A stretch of DNA of 64,000 nucleotides from Candidatus Omnitrophota bacterium (GCA_043821705.1 JBDRCN010000035.1:43321-107320), one strand, 5' to 3'; numbered from the stretch's first letter, positions 1-9,968 are shown. Translations and numbers: made by a program. Notes: a model not told the origin generated them from the sequence alone.

Positions 1-349
1 TGTGAAAGATTGAAACTTGAATCGATCTTGTGAAAATAAAATATAAAAAATAAAATAAACACACACTGGTAAATGTGAACACTATGTCCATAAAGACATC
101 TTCTTTATATAAGATATGTGCCTTTACAACATAGACTAAAAAACCTATAAGAGAATAAAGAAAGATATTCAGCCCGAATGTTGTGATAGAAAATATATCC
201 ACCAAGAGGCCTATTAAAGCCCCTATCAGAACAGTAAAACCAAGCCCTTTTCTGAGTCCAGTAAAGACTACAAGGATCATAAGAAGATTAATGTCCTTTA
301 AAATAGTAAGATTAAGGAGCATGAATATAAAAATAAATATAAATAACAT
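1..349 (-). CDS. mreD: rod shape-determining protein MreD (partial; 3' end beyond the window start)
   Basis: An ATG at 349..347 lies 2 nt downstream of the mreC stop. Hand translation gives a hydrophobic multi-TM protein (MLFIFIFIFMLLNLTILKDINLLMILVVFTGLRKGLGFTVLIGALIG...). The mreB-mreC-mreD gene order is canonical. Confidence 0.5.
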   Translation of the reverse strand, partial: MLFIFIFIFMLLNLTILKDINLLMILVVFTGLRKGLGFTVLIGALIGLLVDIFSITTFGLNIFLYSLIGFLVYVVKAHILYKEDVFMDIVFTFTSVCLFYFLYFIFTRSIQVSIFH

Positions 350-350
350 A

Positions 351-1127
351 TTATTTTACTACTAATACCTCTTCTAGTTTCATGATGTCAGCTTCTGGCC
401 TTATTGTCGCATTTAGATACAGGCCACTTGGGTCTTTTTCTACTTTTATTATTTTTCCTATAAGGATGCCTTTTTCATATATTCCGCTAAAACCAGAAGT
501 GATGACTTCATCGCCTTCTTTGACGTCACAATCTAGTTCAAGATATTTCATGATAAGATTCGATCTATCTTTACCAAATACACTGCCTATATCCCTTGTC
601 CTCTGGACGATCCCGCCTACCACCAGGTCCTTGCTTGTTATCAATATGACCCTACTGATACTATATCCTGTCTCATAGACCCTGCCTACTAATCCATGGC
701 CGCCTACGACAGACATGTCCTTTTTAACATTATGTTTTTTTCCTTTATCAATAATGATCGTACTTTGAGATCCGAGATAATCTCTTCCTATTACCATGCT
801 GGGTATGAGCTTAGGCTTGTCTTCTTCAGTAAAATCCAGAAGTTTTTTTAATCTCTGGTTTTCCAGATGATATTCCCTTAAACTTAGATTTATTTTCTCT
901 AGATTTGCTACTGTCTCTTTCAATACCTTGTTTTTAGTATTAAGTTCCCGGAAGCCAGATGTATCATCCAGGGCATAATAAATGCCTGATATGACCTTTA
1001 AAGGAAAGCGAAACATATCTACTATTTTTATGCGGAAATCTTTTGAGAAAACTTGAGAGAGGAATACTAAGCTAATTATGCAAACAAAGATTATTATAAA
1101 GGAAAAGGATGTTTTTTGTCTTCCCAC
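351..1127 (-). CDS. mreC: rod shape-determining protein MreC
   Basis: 258 aa with an N-terminal TM helix, a coiled-coil segment and a C-terminal beta-rich MreC domain. It lies immediately downstream of mreB. Confidence 0.85.
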   Translation of the reverse strand: MGRQKTSFSFIIIFVCIISLVFLSQVFSKDFRIKIVDMFRFPLKVISGIYYALDDTSGFRELNTKNKVLKETVANLEKINLSLREYHLENQRLKKLLDFTEEDKPKLIPSMVIGRDYLGSQSTIIIDKGKKHNVKKDMSVVGGHGLVGRVYETGYSISRVILITSKDLVVGGIVQRTRDIGSVFGKDRSNLIMKYLELDCDVKEGDEVITSGFSGIYEKGILIGKIIKVEKDPSGLYLNATIRPEADIMKLEEVLVVK

Positions 1128-1145
1128 ACACGAAAGGTCAGTTTT

Positions 1146-2213
1146 TTAGAAATCCAGTTTAGAGCGTACAGTGACTTTCTTTAAATATTTTATCTCGCTT
1201 AATACCTTGCCAGTACCAATAGCAACTGCTGTTAAAGGATCTTCAGCGACATGGACAGGAAGGCCTGTCTCCTCGCTTATCAATTTATCTAAACCCCTTA
1301 AAAGAGCGCCTCCTCCTGCAAGTATTATGCCTCTTTCTATAAGATCTGCTGAAAGTTCAGGCGGTGTCCTCTCTAGGGTCATTCTAGTGGCTTCGAGAAT
1401 AGCTGAAATAGGGCCTGCTACTGCTTCCCTGATCTCTTCAGAAGATATAGTGATAGTCTTAGGAAGACCTGCTACTAGGTCGCGACCGCGCACTTCCATT
1501 GTAAGTTCTTCCTCCAATGGGTAGCTAGATCCTATCTTTATCTTTATATCTTCTGCTGTCCTTTCCCCTATCATTAGATTATATGTCTTTTTAAGATGTT
1601 CAATAATAGCATCATCCAATTCATCTCCGCCTATTCTGATAGAACGTGAAAATACGATCCCTGCTAGAGATATTACAGCTATCTCAGTAGTGCCTCCTCC
1701 AACATCTATTATCATATTTCCGCTTGGTTCCTGGATCGGAAGTCCTACTCCTATAGCTGCTGCAATAGGCTCTTCTACTAGATACACTTCGCGAGCGCCT
1801 GCATGTTCAGCTGAATCTTTCACAGCTCTTTTTTCAACCTCTGTGATGCCAGAAGGTATTGCAATGACCATCCTGGGCCTCACAAACACCCGACGATTAT
1901 GGACCTTTTTTATAAAATATCTAAGCATATCTTCTGTGATCTCAAAATCAGCTATTACACCATCTTTCATTGGCCTTATAGCTACTATGTTGCCCGGGGT
2001 CCTTCCAAGCATCCTCTTTGCCTCTTCGCCTACTGCCAGGACACTATGAGAACCTTTTTGAATAGCTACGACTGAAGGTTCGCAAAGCACGATCCCCTGG
2101 CCTTTTACAAATACCAATGTAGTAGCAGTACCCAGGTCTATCCCCATATCATTTGAGAACATTCCTAGTATATAATTGATACCTTTTTTGATAAGCTTGA
2201 AAAGTTTCGTCAT
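1146..2213 (-). CDS. mreB: actin-like rod-shape protein MreB
   Basis: 355 aa. It carries the MreB/actin-fold phosphate-1 motif (IDLGTATT) and adenosine motif (DVGGGTTE). Confidence 0.95.
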   Translation of the reverse strand: MTKLFKLIKKGINYILGMFSNDMGIDLGTATTLVFVKGQGIVLCEPSVVAIQKGSHSVLAVGEEAKRMLGRTPGNIVAIRPMKDGVIADFEITEDMLRYFIKKVHNRRVFVRPRMVIAIPSGITEVEKRAVKDSAEHAGAREVYLVEEPIAAAIGVGLPIQEPSGNMIIDVGGGTTEIAVISLAGIVFSRSIRIGGDELDDAIIEHLKKTYNLMIGERTAEDIKIKIGSSYPLEEELTMEVRGRDLVAGLPKTITISSEEIREAVAGPISAILEATRMTLERTPPELSADLIERGIILAGGGALLRGLDKLISEETGLPVHVAEDPLTAVAIGTGKVLSEIKYLKKVTVRSKLDF

Positions 2214-2294
2214 TTTTCACCTCAGAATAAGTTTAGTGTGATTTATTTAATCCTAATTTTAACAAAACGTTACAACAATGTCAAATCAATTTGT

Positions 2295-3602
2295 CTATTT
2301 AAGTTTTTTCAAGAAACTCACAAAGCCTGGGAAGGATTTATTTATGCAATCAAGGCCTCTTAGAGTGACTTTAGAATCTGATACGAGACCTGCTACAAGC
2401 AAAGTCATCGCAGTCCTATGGTCCCCAAAACTAGAAACCTGGCCACCAGTCAATCTTCCAGTCCCATTTACAATAAGCTCTTCCTTACTTGTGACATGTG
2501 ACTTGTGACATGTGACTTGTATATCTGCTCCTAGTTTAGTAAGATTCGTGACCATGGACATTATTCTATCTGTTTCTTTATAATGCAGCTCTTTTATCCC
2601 TCTTATAACAGTCTTCCCTTTTGCAAAACAAGCTGCAAGCACTATGATAGGTATCTCATCTATAGCTCTCACAACATCTTTTGGCGAGATAGTTACAGCC
2701 TTTAACCTGCTCGGCTTTACAACAATGTCTCCACTGGGTTCGTGATTCGTGAACCGTGATTCGTGAACCGTGATTCGTGCTCCCATCCGCTTCAAGATAT
2801 CCAATATACCTGTTCTTGTGGGATTCAAACCTACGTCCTTAAGCACTATTTTTTTATCCTGCAAAAGACAACCAGCTACTATAAAAAATGCTGCGCTTGA
2901 TATGTCGCCTGGGATCCTGATATTAGAAGGTGATCTTAATCCTTTAGATGAACCTATGCTGATGCTCAGTCCTTTTATTTTTACAGGATATTTAAAGGTC
3001 TTTAACATCCTCTCTGTATGATCCCTGGACCTTACAGGTTCAGTGATAATAGTCTTGCCTTTTGCGTATAAAGATGCGAGCATTATACAGGATTTTACCT
3101 GGGCACTAGCGATCTTTGAATTATATTTAATAGCTTTAAGTTTTCCTCCGTGGATCATTAGAGGCGGGTAGATTTCTTTTTTACCCCTTCCTGTGACACC
3201 TGCACCCATCTTCCTTAATGGCTTTGCGATCCTCAGCATCGGACGCTTAGATAAAGATCTATCCCCGCTCAAGGCCACATCAAAATCTTGTCCAGCCAAT
3301 ATCCCAGGTAATATCCTCATAGTAGTACCTGAATTGCCTACATATAAAATCTTCTTTGGCTTCTTTAGCCCACGAAGGCCAGTTCCTTTCACTGTGATAT
3401 CTATGGATCGGTTTTCCCTGATGTTCCTTTTTTTAAATTTGATCTCTATGCCCATGGAGCGGAATGCCTCTATGGTATGCAGGCAGTCATCTCCTGCCAA
3501 GAGATTATTTATGCGAGTAGTGCCTTTTGAGATAGCACTGAGCATTATTGCTCTGTGAGATATTGACTTATCTGGTGGGACTATTATTTTAACGACTTTC
3601 AA
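2295..3602 (-). CDS. aroA: 3-phosphoshikimate 1-carboxyvinyltransferase (EPSP synthase), carrying two short in-frame repeat insertions
   Basis: 435 aa. EPSP-synthase N-terminal motif PPDKSISHRAIMLSA...GTTRINNLL..DD, C-terminal DHRTAM and KSFPGF. The DNA contains a 14-bp tandem repeat at 2488-2520 and another at 2741-2780. Confidence 0.85.
   Translation of the reverse strand: MKVVKIIVPPDKSISHRAIMLSAISKGTTRINNLLAGDDCLHTIEAFRSMGIEIKFKKRNIRENRSIDITVKGTGLRGLKKPKKILYVGNSGTTMRILPGILAGQDFDVALSGDRSLSKRPMLRIAKPLRKMGAGVTGRGKKEIYPPLMIHGGKLKAIKYNSKIASAQVKSCIMLASLYAKGKTIITEPVRSRDHTERMLKTFKYPVKIKGLSISIGSSKGLRSPSNIRIPGDISSAAFFIVAGCLLQDKKIVLKDVGLNPTRTGILDILKRMGARITVHESRFTNHEPSGDIVVKPSRLKAVTISPKDVVRAIDEIPIIVLAACFAKGKTVIRGIKELHYKETDRIMSMVTNLTKLGADIQVTCHKSHVTSKEELIVNGTGRLTGGQVSSFGDHRTAMTLLVAGLVSDSKVTLRGLDCINKSFPGFVSFLKKLK
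2488..2520. repeat. tandem 14-bp repeat (cttgtgacatgtga x ~2.4) inside aroA, in frame
   Basis: Direct reading of the sequence. The unit contains the GTGACATGTGAC motif also seen at 24999-25112 and 28604-28690. It encodes the extra peptide VTCHKSHVTSKE in a region where EPSP synthases are normally compact. Confidence 0.8.
2741..2780. repeat. tandem 14-bp repeat (cgtgattcgtgaac x 2 plus cgtgattcgtgc) inside aroA, in frame
   Basis: Direct reading. It is GC-richer than the surrounding sequence and encodes RITVHESRFTNHEPS within AroA. Confidence 0.8.
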
Positions 3603-4395
3603 TAACTATATTGCCTCTTTTTATGGTATTTATATCAGCGCCTTCTAGGAGATTGGCGCTAGACATGGTTTCGTATACTTTATCGATCTCTGCTTCACCT
3701 AGTAAAAGGTTCCTGGAATCCCTTATTTCAATATACATCCCTTGTTCGATCCCGCTACCAAAACCAAGATCCGTGACCACAAAACCATACTCCTTATTTA
3801 CTACGACTACACTGCCTCTTAGAAGATCCTTCTTAGGCTCTGGCCGTCTTGAAGGAGCTCTTTTTTCTACAATAACCTCTTCTTCTGGTTCTTTTAATAC
3901 GATCGTATCCAGGTCTACTGGCCTTCTTTCAAGCTCTACAAGTTTTCTCTCGAGAGATGTTTTTTCCTGTCTTAATTTCGAATGATCTTGATTTAATCTC
4001 TGGTAGCTGATCTGGAGGTCTTGTAGCTTTTTAGCTGTATTTTGGGCTTCTACATCTTTACTTCTTAGAGTCTGTTTCAGATCTTCGAGCTCTTTCTCTT
4101 GCAACGCCGCTGTTCTTCTTTTAGCCCTAGCTTCTCTTAATTCCAGAGAAAGTATCTCCAGATTAGATCTGAGAGACGCATATTCGGAATCTATCTTGTC
4201 TTTTTCTGTCTTTATGGAAAAAACCTCTTTCTCAAGCTTTCTCTTATCTTTCATGATAGAAGAGATCTTGTCTTCCAATAATAACCTTTTTTGATACTCT
4301 TTTTGTTTTTGTTGATAGGTGAGAAACGCAAATCCTGCTAAGACAATAGCTGCAATAAGAATTATTATAAATATTATCTTAAATATACCAGACAT
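3589..4395 (-). CDS. hypothetical membrane-anchored coiled-coil protein with a C-terminal beta-rich domain
   Basis: 268 aa. N-terminal TM helix (IFIIILIAAIVLAGFAFL), a long K/E/R-rich coiled-coil, and a C-terminal ~80-aa domain (VVVVNKEYGFVVTDLGFGSGIEQGMYIEIRD...). I recognise no family. Confidence 0.4.
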   Translation of the reverse strand: MSGIFKIIFIIILIAAIVLAGFAFLTYQQKQKEYQKRLLLEDKISSIMKDKRKLEKEVFSIKTEKDKIDSEYASLRSNLEILSLELREARAKRRTAALQEKELEDLKQTLRSKDVEAQNTAKKLQDLQISYQRLNQDHSKLRQEKTSLERKLVELERRPVDLDTIVLKEPEEEVIVEKRAPSRRPEPKKDLLRGSVVVVNKEYGFVVTDLGFGSGIEQGMYIEIRDSRNLLLGEAEIDKVYETMSSANLLEGADINTIKRGNIVIESR

Positions 4396-4439
4396 ATATA
4401 TCCTTTTTTAAAGAGTATATAGTTAAATAACTTTTTTGT

Positions 4440-4660
4440 CAAGAATAATACCTCAACTATCAGCGGACTGTCTTGTCTCACCCCTATCAGCACCGCTCGG
4501 ATTCCCCCAGCGAGGGAATCCTTCGCTTCGTGAAACTTCTCGCTCTGCAAGACATGTATAATCTAGGGCAACCATGCCCGCTCGAACTTTCAAGATGCTT
4601 CTAGGGGTAAGCCAAGCCATCCGCTAATAGCTACTATAACCAAACCTAGGTTGCATGTAT
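4440..4660. repeat. GC-rich structured intergenic block built from repeat modules (a degenerate hairpin-family copy at ~4460-4500, plus modules shared with 37118-37130 and 58391-58413)
   Basis: 4460-4500 (cagcggactgtcttgtctcacccctatcagcaccgctcgg) aligns with the 5' arm of the 38507/58149/60453 family. gcccgctcgaac recurs at 37121. gtaagccaagccatccRctaata recurs at 58391. Confidence 0.5.
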
Positions 4661-4663
4661 TGG

Positions 4664-4936
4664 CTAGTTGGTCTCGTATGCCTCTAGAGCTATTTCTACT
4701 AGGACATCTTTAAACTCTTTGGTCAGCGGGTAAGCTGTGTTATACCATTTACCATCTTTACTCATTCCACCTGGCATACTTAAAAACAGACCATTCTTCC
4801 CTTCTACGATCTTAAGGCCTTTTACTAAGAACACTCCAGCAAATGCAATGTCCAAAAAAGCCTTGACCTTAGATTCTCCTTCGAGCTTATGCACTCTACG
4901 GACCTCAATACCATTATTATTCGTCATACTTATCAC
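4664..4936 (-). CDS. spoVG: septation protein SpoVG
   Basis: 90 aa. SpoVG-like sequence (VRRVHKLEGESKVKAFLDIAFAGVFLVKGLKIVEGKNGLFLSMP...DGKWYNTAYPL). Confidence 0.85.
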   Translation of the reverse strand: MISMTNNNGIEVRRVHKLEGESKVKAFLDIAFAGVFLVKGLKIVEGKNGLFLSMPGGMSKDGKWYNTAYPLTKEFKDVLVEIALEAYETN

Positions 4937-5375
4937 CTCCTCCTGTTATATTAGACACAGGAGGGGGTGATTTTCTTTCAAACTTTTTTTCTTTTTCTGG
5001 TATTTTTTTAAAGATCATTACTACGCGCCTAGCGCCTTCGCCTTCCATGACCCACTTAAAACCCATCACAACTGCTGCTAGTAAAAACTGCATAAAGTAT
5101 CTTTTTACTATAAAAGAAAGTAAAAATAAGACCAACGCTGCTATCATCCATGGAAGATCGTTCCTCTTTTTCCGCTTTATACCCAGCTTGTCCTTGATCT
5201 TATTCTTTAGCTCTAGAGAAGGGGTTTTTGCCTTCTTTCTACTCTCATGCGCTACTGCTAAAATATCAAGACACTTATTACAAGTTACTATATGCTTTTC
5301 TATTTTTAATCTCTCATCTTTCGAAAGTGCCTCATCCAGATACGAAGAAAGCATTATGTCATCTAAACAATCCAT
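4917..5375 (-). CDS. anti-sigma factor (zf-HC2 type) with a TM helix
   Basis: 152 aa. N-terminal LSSYLDEALSKDERLKIEKHIVTCNKCLD (H-x3-C-x2-C) and a central TM helix. It lies 10 bp downstream of the ECF sigma gene. Confidence 0.6.
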   Translation of the reverse strand: MDCLDDIMLSSYLDEALSKDERLKIEKHIVTCNKCLDILAVAHESRKKAKTPSLELKNKIKDKLGIKRKKRNDLPWMIAALVLFLLSFIVKRYFMQFLLAAVVMGFKWVMEGEGARRVVMIFKKIPEKEKKFERKSPPPVSNITGGGDKYDE

Positions 5376-5385
5376 ATCGATCTCC

Positions 5386-5949
5386 TTATTCTATTTTAAA
5401 CTCCCTTAATTTTTCCTTTAGTACTTTTTTCTTTCTGTGGATTATTGTCGAGACTGTATTTGTAGGCAGCCTCATAAAATCCGCTATCTCTCTATGTGTC
5501 TTTTTATAGATAATATTTAACTTCAGTATTATCTTTTCTCTGTTATTAAAATCCCTTATTATGATATCAAATTCTAAAGGTGTCCCCTTTAACCTAGGCT
5601 CACTAGATATATCCTGGGTGAGATTATCGATCCTATAAAACTCATCTTTCCCCAAAAGCCTTTCTTTTCTCTTCCGCACATAATTAAGAGCTCTACTTTG
5701 AGATACTACGCTAAGCCAGGCAGTTATCTTTTTTCTGTTAGCTATTTCTTTTAATCTGTTCTTTTCCAATATCTCAAGAAAGATACCTTGTACAATATCA
5801 TCCAGGTCTTCCTTTGAAAAACTTATCCCATTCCTCCAAAGCCTCTGCCTGGCAGAATAATACACAAGGCCAGAGAACTTACCTATGAAGGCTTCCCAGG
5901 CCATTTCATCCCTATTTATACATCTTTCTATTAAGCTATGTACATCCAT
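5386..5949 (-). CDS. RNA polymerase sigma-70 factor, ECF subfamily
   Basis: 187 aa. Region-2-like segment (DLDDIVQGIFLEILEK) and region-4 HTH (HREIADFMRLPTNTVSTIIHRKKKVL). Confidence 0.8.
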   Translation of the reverse strand: MDVHSLIERCINRDEMAWEAFIGKFSGLVYYSARQRLWRNGISFSKEDLDDIVQGIFLEILEKNRLKEIANRKKITAWLSVVSQSRALNYVRKRKERLLGKDEFYRIDNLTQDISSEPRLKGTPLEFDIIIRDFNNREKIILKLNIIYKKTHREIADFMRLPTNTVSTIIHRKKKVLKEKLREFKIE

Positions 5950-6038
5950 TTTGTCAATATCTTGTGGATAATTATAATAAAACTACTATAAGTATAATAT
6001 TTTCCAATATGTTGTGCAATCAGAAGTTTTACACACAA

Positions 6039-7013
6039 TTAGCATATATATTTTATTATGTTATTAAGCTCTTCTGGGAGTTCTGCCTCAAACTCCATTT
6101 TCTTTCCCTTCGTAGGGTGGATAAATTCAATGGACCTTGCGTGCAATGCATGATGCTCTAATCCCTGGGATGGAAAAGTGCTATACATTTTGTCACCTAG
6201 TATTGGATATCCTAGATGTAAAAAATGGATACGTATCTGGTGAGTACGGCCTGTCTTTGGCCTAGCTTCGACAATTGTTATGTTTTTCTTCTTATCTCTC
6301 TTTAATACCTTAAAGTACGTTATAGCCTCTTTCCCCTCTTCTATGTCCACTGCCATCCTGCGCCTATCTTTTTTATCATGGCTGAGAGGTGCGTTTATGA
6401 TCCCCTCATCAAACTCTATTATACCTCTACAGACAGCTAGATATTTTTTAGTCATAGACCTTTCTTTTAATTGCTTGGAAAGCTTTCTTAATGCTGGCCC
6501 GTTCTTGGCAACAATCATTACGCCCGAAGTATCTTTATCAAGCCTATGCACTATTCCTGGCCTTAAGACATGGCGCTCATCTTCTGTCTTCCTAGGTTTA
6601 TTGAAGTCTGTCAAAAACCCTTTATAATTTAAAAGCGCATTCACTAATGTGCCAGAATAATTCCCGCATGCCGGATGCACTACCATACCAGCTGGTTTAT
6701 TTACTACTATTATATCATCATCTTCGTAGATTATATTAAGCGGAAGGTCTTCTGCTCTAGGAGTCTTGCCTTCTTCTTCCAGGAGTGATTCTTCTTCTAA
6801 CTTTTCCTCATCTATTTCTATCAGATCATCTGGTTTTACCTTATGAGATGATTTCACTTCTTTTTTATTAAGATGTACATCACCTGATTCTATTAATCTC
6901 TGGATAACAGATCTTGATATTGCAAGCTCTGGCCGAGTATTAGCAATGTTCTTCGTAACAACATTATCTATTCTCTTGCCATTATCATCCAAGGTAACTA
7001 TCAATTCATACAT
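6039..7013 (-). CDS. rluD: 23S rRNA pseudouridine synthase, RluA family (RluD-like), with an acidic insertion
   Basis: 324 aa. N-terminal S4 domain, catalytic HRLDKDTSGVMIVAKN motif, and an acidic E/D-rich linker. Confidence 0.85.
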   Translation of the reverse strand: MYELIVTLDDNGKRIDNVVTKNIANTRPELAISRSVIQRLIESGDVHLNKKEVKSSHKVKPDDLIEIDEEKLEEESLLEEEGKTPRAEDLPLNIIYEDDDIIVVNKPAGMVVHPACGNYSGTLVNALLNYKGFLTDFNKPRKTEDERHVLRPGIVHRLDKDTSGVMIVAKNGPALRKLSKQLKERSMTKKYLAVCRGIIEFDEGIINAPLSHDKKDRRRMAVDIEEGKEAITYFKVLKRDKKKNITIVEARPKTGRTHQIRIHFLHLGYPILGDKMYSTFPSQGLEHHALHARSIEFIHPTKGKKMEFEAELPEELNNIIKYIC

Positions 7014-7040
7014 ATCTATACTCTAGTGTTCCCATCCTAC

Positions 7041-7108
7041 CCCTATTTCCCGAACAACTTGGAAACAGTTTCTAAGTTGTTCGGGAAACTGTTTCCAGAC
7101 TAATAGGG
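7041..7108. terminator. structured element between thrC and rluD, with nested and mutually exclusive inverted repeats
   Basis: A (7049-7060, cccgaacaactt) pairs with A' (7074-7085). B (7061-7072, ggaaacagtttc) pairs with B' (7086-7096). The order is A-B-A'-B'. An outer pair ccctatt (7041) / aataggg (7102) encloses them. Confidence 0.4.
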
Positions 7109-7116
7109 AAAGTGGG

Positions 7117-8178
7117 TCAGTATCCTATTTCTTTTATAATAGCTTCTAGTTTTGCAGGAAGTACATTTGGCTTTTCAATAGATTTTATTGCTCTATCAGG
7201 GTCCTTTAGGCCATGACCAGTCAGGATGCAAATGATCTTTGCTTTTTGTGCTTTCTTGAAAAAACCAGCCTTATTTATCTTTAAGATACCTGCTACAGAT
7301 GCAGCTGATGCAGGCTCCACAAACACGCCTTCTTTATTAGCTAATATCTTATAAGCTTCGAGGATCTCATCATCCGAAACCATATCTATGAGGCCTCCTG
7401 ATTCATCGCGAGCCTCTTCAGCCATCTTCCAACTTGCTGGATTCCCGATACGAATAGCTGTTGCAATAGTCTCTGGTTTTTCAACTACTTTTCCTCGCAC
7501 AATAGGCGCAGCACCTTCAGCTTGGAACCCAAGCATCTTTGGTAGAGATTTTATCTTCCCTTTTGCCTTATATTCTTTGTAACCTTTCCAATACGCAGTA
7601 ATATTCCCTGCATTTCCTACCGGTATAGCATGGAACACTGGAGCTTCTCCATCAAACTGATCGCAGATCTCAAACGCCCCTGTCTTCTGTCCCTCGATCC
7701 TGTAAGGATTCAAAGAATTTACCAGCTGTATAGGATATTTTCGAGCTATCTCTTTTACCAGATTTAATGCCTCATCAAAATTCCCTTTTACAGCTATAAC
7801 TTGGGCATTATGTATCATTGCTTGAGCAAGTTTGCCTAGAGCTATAGCGCCTTCTGGTATCAAGACCACACATTTCATCCTGGCCCTTGCTGAATAAGCT
7901 GCTGCAGAAGCTGAAGTATTCCCAGTAGAAGCACATATGCAAGCCTTTTTCCCTTCTTCAAGCGCCTTTGAGATAGCTAATGTCATGCCTCTATCTTTAA
8001 AAGAACCAGTAGGGTTCAAGCCTTCGTATTTTAGATACACTTCCACATCCCCATCAATAACATCTGAAAGATAACCTGAATAAATGAGAGGAGTATTCCC
8101 CTCATTTAAAGTTATCACAGGAGTCTTCGCACTAATTGGAAGATATTCTTTATACCTATCTATTAAACCTTTATACAT
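7117..8178 (-). CDS. thrC: threonine synthase
   Basis: 353 aa. PLP-lysine motif GSFKDRGMT and a TrpB-fold. Confidence 0.9.
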   Translation of the reverse strand: MYKGLIDRYKEYLPISAKTPVITLNEGNTPLIYSGYLSDVIDGDVEVYLKYEGLNPTGSFKDRGMTLAISKALEEGKKACICASTGNTSASAAAYSARARMKCVVLIPEGAIALGKLAQAMIHNAQVIAVKGNFDEALNLVKEIARKYPIQLVNSLNPYRIEGQKTGAFEICDQFDGEAPVFHAIPVGNAGNITAYWKGYKEYKAKGKIKSLPKMLGFQAEGAAPIVRGKVVEKPETIATAIRIGNPASWKMAEEARDESGGLIDMVSDDEILEAYKILANKEGVFVEPASAASVAGILKINKAGFFKKAQKAKIICILTGHGLKDPDRAIKSIEKPNVLPAKLEAIIKEIGY

Positions 8179-8183
8179 AATAG

Positions 8184-9485
8184 TTATTTCTCCAATCTTA
8201 TAAGTACACTTTTTCGTTTTATTGCATTTAACTTATCTATCTTTCTTAATGCGTTCTGTACGTCAGCTTCCTTAGCTTCATGAGTGATCATCACTACAGG
8301 CACTATCTGTGCAATGCGCCTTTCTTTTTGCACAACGCTTGCGATGCTGATATTGTTTTTTCCCAATATATCAGTGATCCTGGCCAACACGCCTGGTTTA
8401 TCAATAGTAGAAAAATGTATATAATATCTGGTATGTACATCGTCCATCTTCTTTATCTTGTCGATCTCTTGTTTTCTTGCAAAATTGCCTTTGCGGACAT
8501 CTCTCCCTACACTGATAGCATGACCCACATGGATAATATCGCTCAATACTGCACTTGCAGTAGGAAGTTTCCCAGCTCCCTTTCCATAATAGACCTGCTC
8601 CCCTACTAGATCCGCATCAATCGATATAGCATTATATACGCCCGAGACAGATGAAAGCAGATATTCCGATGGGAGTAAAGTCGGGTGCACTCTTAATTCA
8701 AGTTTCCCAGCCTCAGCCTTTGCTATAGCAAGAAGTTTTACTACATAACCAAGCTCTCTCGCGTATTCTATATCGAATGGAGAGATATTCTGGATACCTT
8801 CTGTGTAGATGTCCTTCATCTTGACCCTCTTGCCAAATGCAAGAAGACTCAATATTGATAATTTATGCGCAGAATCCAATCCATTTATATCAAGCGAAGG
8901 GTCTTTTTCAGCATAGCCTTTATCTTGAGCTTCTTTAAGTACTTTTTTAAAATCAGCTCCCTCACTAGTCATCTTTGACAATATATAATTCGAAGTACCG
9001 TTCAAAATGCCAAATATGTTTACAAATCTATTACTAGCCAATCCCTCTCTGATAGATCTTACAATAGGTATGCCGCCAGCTACACTAGCTTCGAAAAGTA
9101 CATATTTCCCTGCCTTCGCTGCCTTACTAAATATTTCATCTCCATTAGTAGCTAGAAGCAATTTATTGGCAGTCACTACGTGCTTACCTTTTGCTAAAGC
9201 CCTAAGCACGAACTCTTTTGCAGGATGTACCCCTCCCACAAGTTCCACGACAATATCTATCTTAGGATCATTGATGACTTTATCTATATCCTTGGTAAGG
9301 ATCCCTTTTGGAAGAGAAACATCTCTCTTGGTAGAGACATCCTTGTCACAGACTGCTTTTAGATTAAGGTCCAGCCCAGTCCTCTCATAAAAGATCTTTC
9401 GTCTTTCACGTAGAAGTTTTACTACCCCAGAACCTATAGTCCCAAAACCTATCACACCAATATTTATTAAATTTTTTTGTGCCAT
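8184..9485 (-). CDS. hom: homoserine dehydrogenase
   Basis: 433 aa. N-terminal NAD(P)-binding [13 protein letters not shown], a catalytic domain and a C-terminal ACT domain. Confidence 0.9.
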   Translation of the reverse strand: MAQKNLINIGVIGFGTIGSGVVKLLRERRKIFYERTGLDLNLKAVCDKDVSTKRDVSLPKGILTKDIDKVINDPKIDIVVELVGGVHPAKEFVLRALAKGKHVVTANKLLLATNGDEIFSKAAKAGKYVLFEASVAGGIPIVRSIREGLASNRFVNIFGILNGTSNYILSKMTSEGADFKKVLKEAQDKGYAEKDPSLDINGLDSAHKLSILSLLAFGKRVKMKDIYTEGIQNISPFDIEYARELGYVVKLLAIAKAEAGKLELRVHPTLLPSEYLLSSVSGVYNAISIDADLVGEQVYYGKGAGKLPTASAVLSDIIHVGHAISVGRDVRKGNFARKQEIDKIKKMDDVHTRYYIHFSTIDKPGVLARITDILGKNNISIASVVQKERRIAQIVPVVMITHEAKEADVQNALRKIDKLNAIKRKSVLIRLEK

Positions 9486-9496
9486 AACCTCATCCT

Positions 9497-9847
9497 TTAT
9501 TTGCCAGAACCATGTTCAATCACTTCTTTAATAAAATGTAGATCTTTATCTTTTATCTCAATAAACTTGACCCTAGTATCACACAACATCCCAGAACCTC
9601 GCTTTTTTGAATCCACAACTTCTCCTTTTATATCAATATAATCTGCAGCCTGGGGAACTTTTAATTTTATATCTAGCATTGCACCTTGGGCTAACTCTTT
9701 ATCAGTAGTGAACAGGATCCCTCCTTCACTGATATTCCTGGTCTGGGTTATATCAGCCTTTGGACTCTTTACTTCAACAACAGTATATGATACAACAAAA
9801 GACCTATCAACTCTTAAAAATTGTCTGCGTTCAGGTTTACCCTGCAT
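9497..9847 (-). CDS. PilZ-domain protein (c-di-GMP receptor)
   Basis: 116 aa. RRQFLRVDR (RxxxR motif) and NISEGGILF (D/NxSxxG motif). It ends 11 bp from the hom start. Confidence 0.75.
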   Translation of the reverse strand: MQGKPERRQFLRVDRSFVVSYTVVEVKSPKADITQTRNISEGGILFTTDKELAQGAMLDIKLKVPQAADYIDIKGEVVDSKKRGSGMLCDTRVKFIEIKDKDLHFIKEVIEHGSGK

Positions 9848-9968
9848 ATCATACCTCTCTTTTATGAGATTGGTTCTACTACGCCATTCGACTTCTTAAT
9901 CGATAGTATGGCTTCGTAGAAACCATTCCTGCGAAGCTCGAACGCGAAAGCATTCGAGCGTAGCAGAA

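Noticed and set aside
183-365. 60-aa plus-strand ORF at the window start, and the many other 60-230-aa plus-strand ORFs (for example 382..678, 1171..1524, 18417..19100, 29653..30108)
   Set aside because: They lie antisense within well-supported minus-strand genes (mreD, mreC, mreB, ftsA, murF and so on). They have low-complexity S/P/L-rich translations typical of shadow ORFs. None shows a recognisable motif or an RBS.
4440-4660. RNase P RNA, SRP RNA or tmRNA in the GC-rich block
   Set aside because: I could not find the P4 (AGGAAAGUCCGGGCUC-like), SRP domain IV (GGAAGCAGCCA-like) or tmRNA 3' (UCCACCA with T-arm) signatures on either strand, and the block shares modules with dispersed repeats. 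It is left as unassigned structured DNA or RNA.
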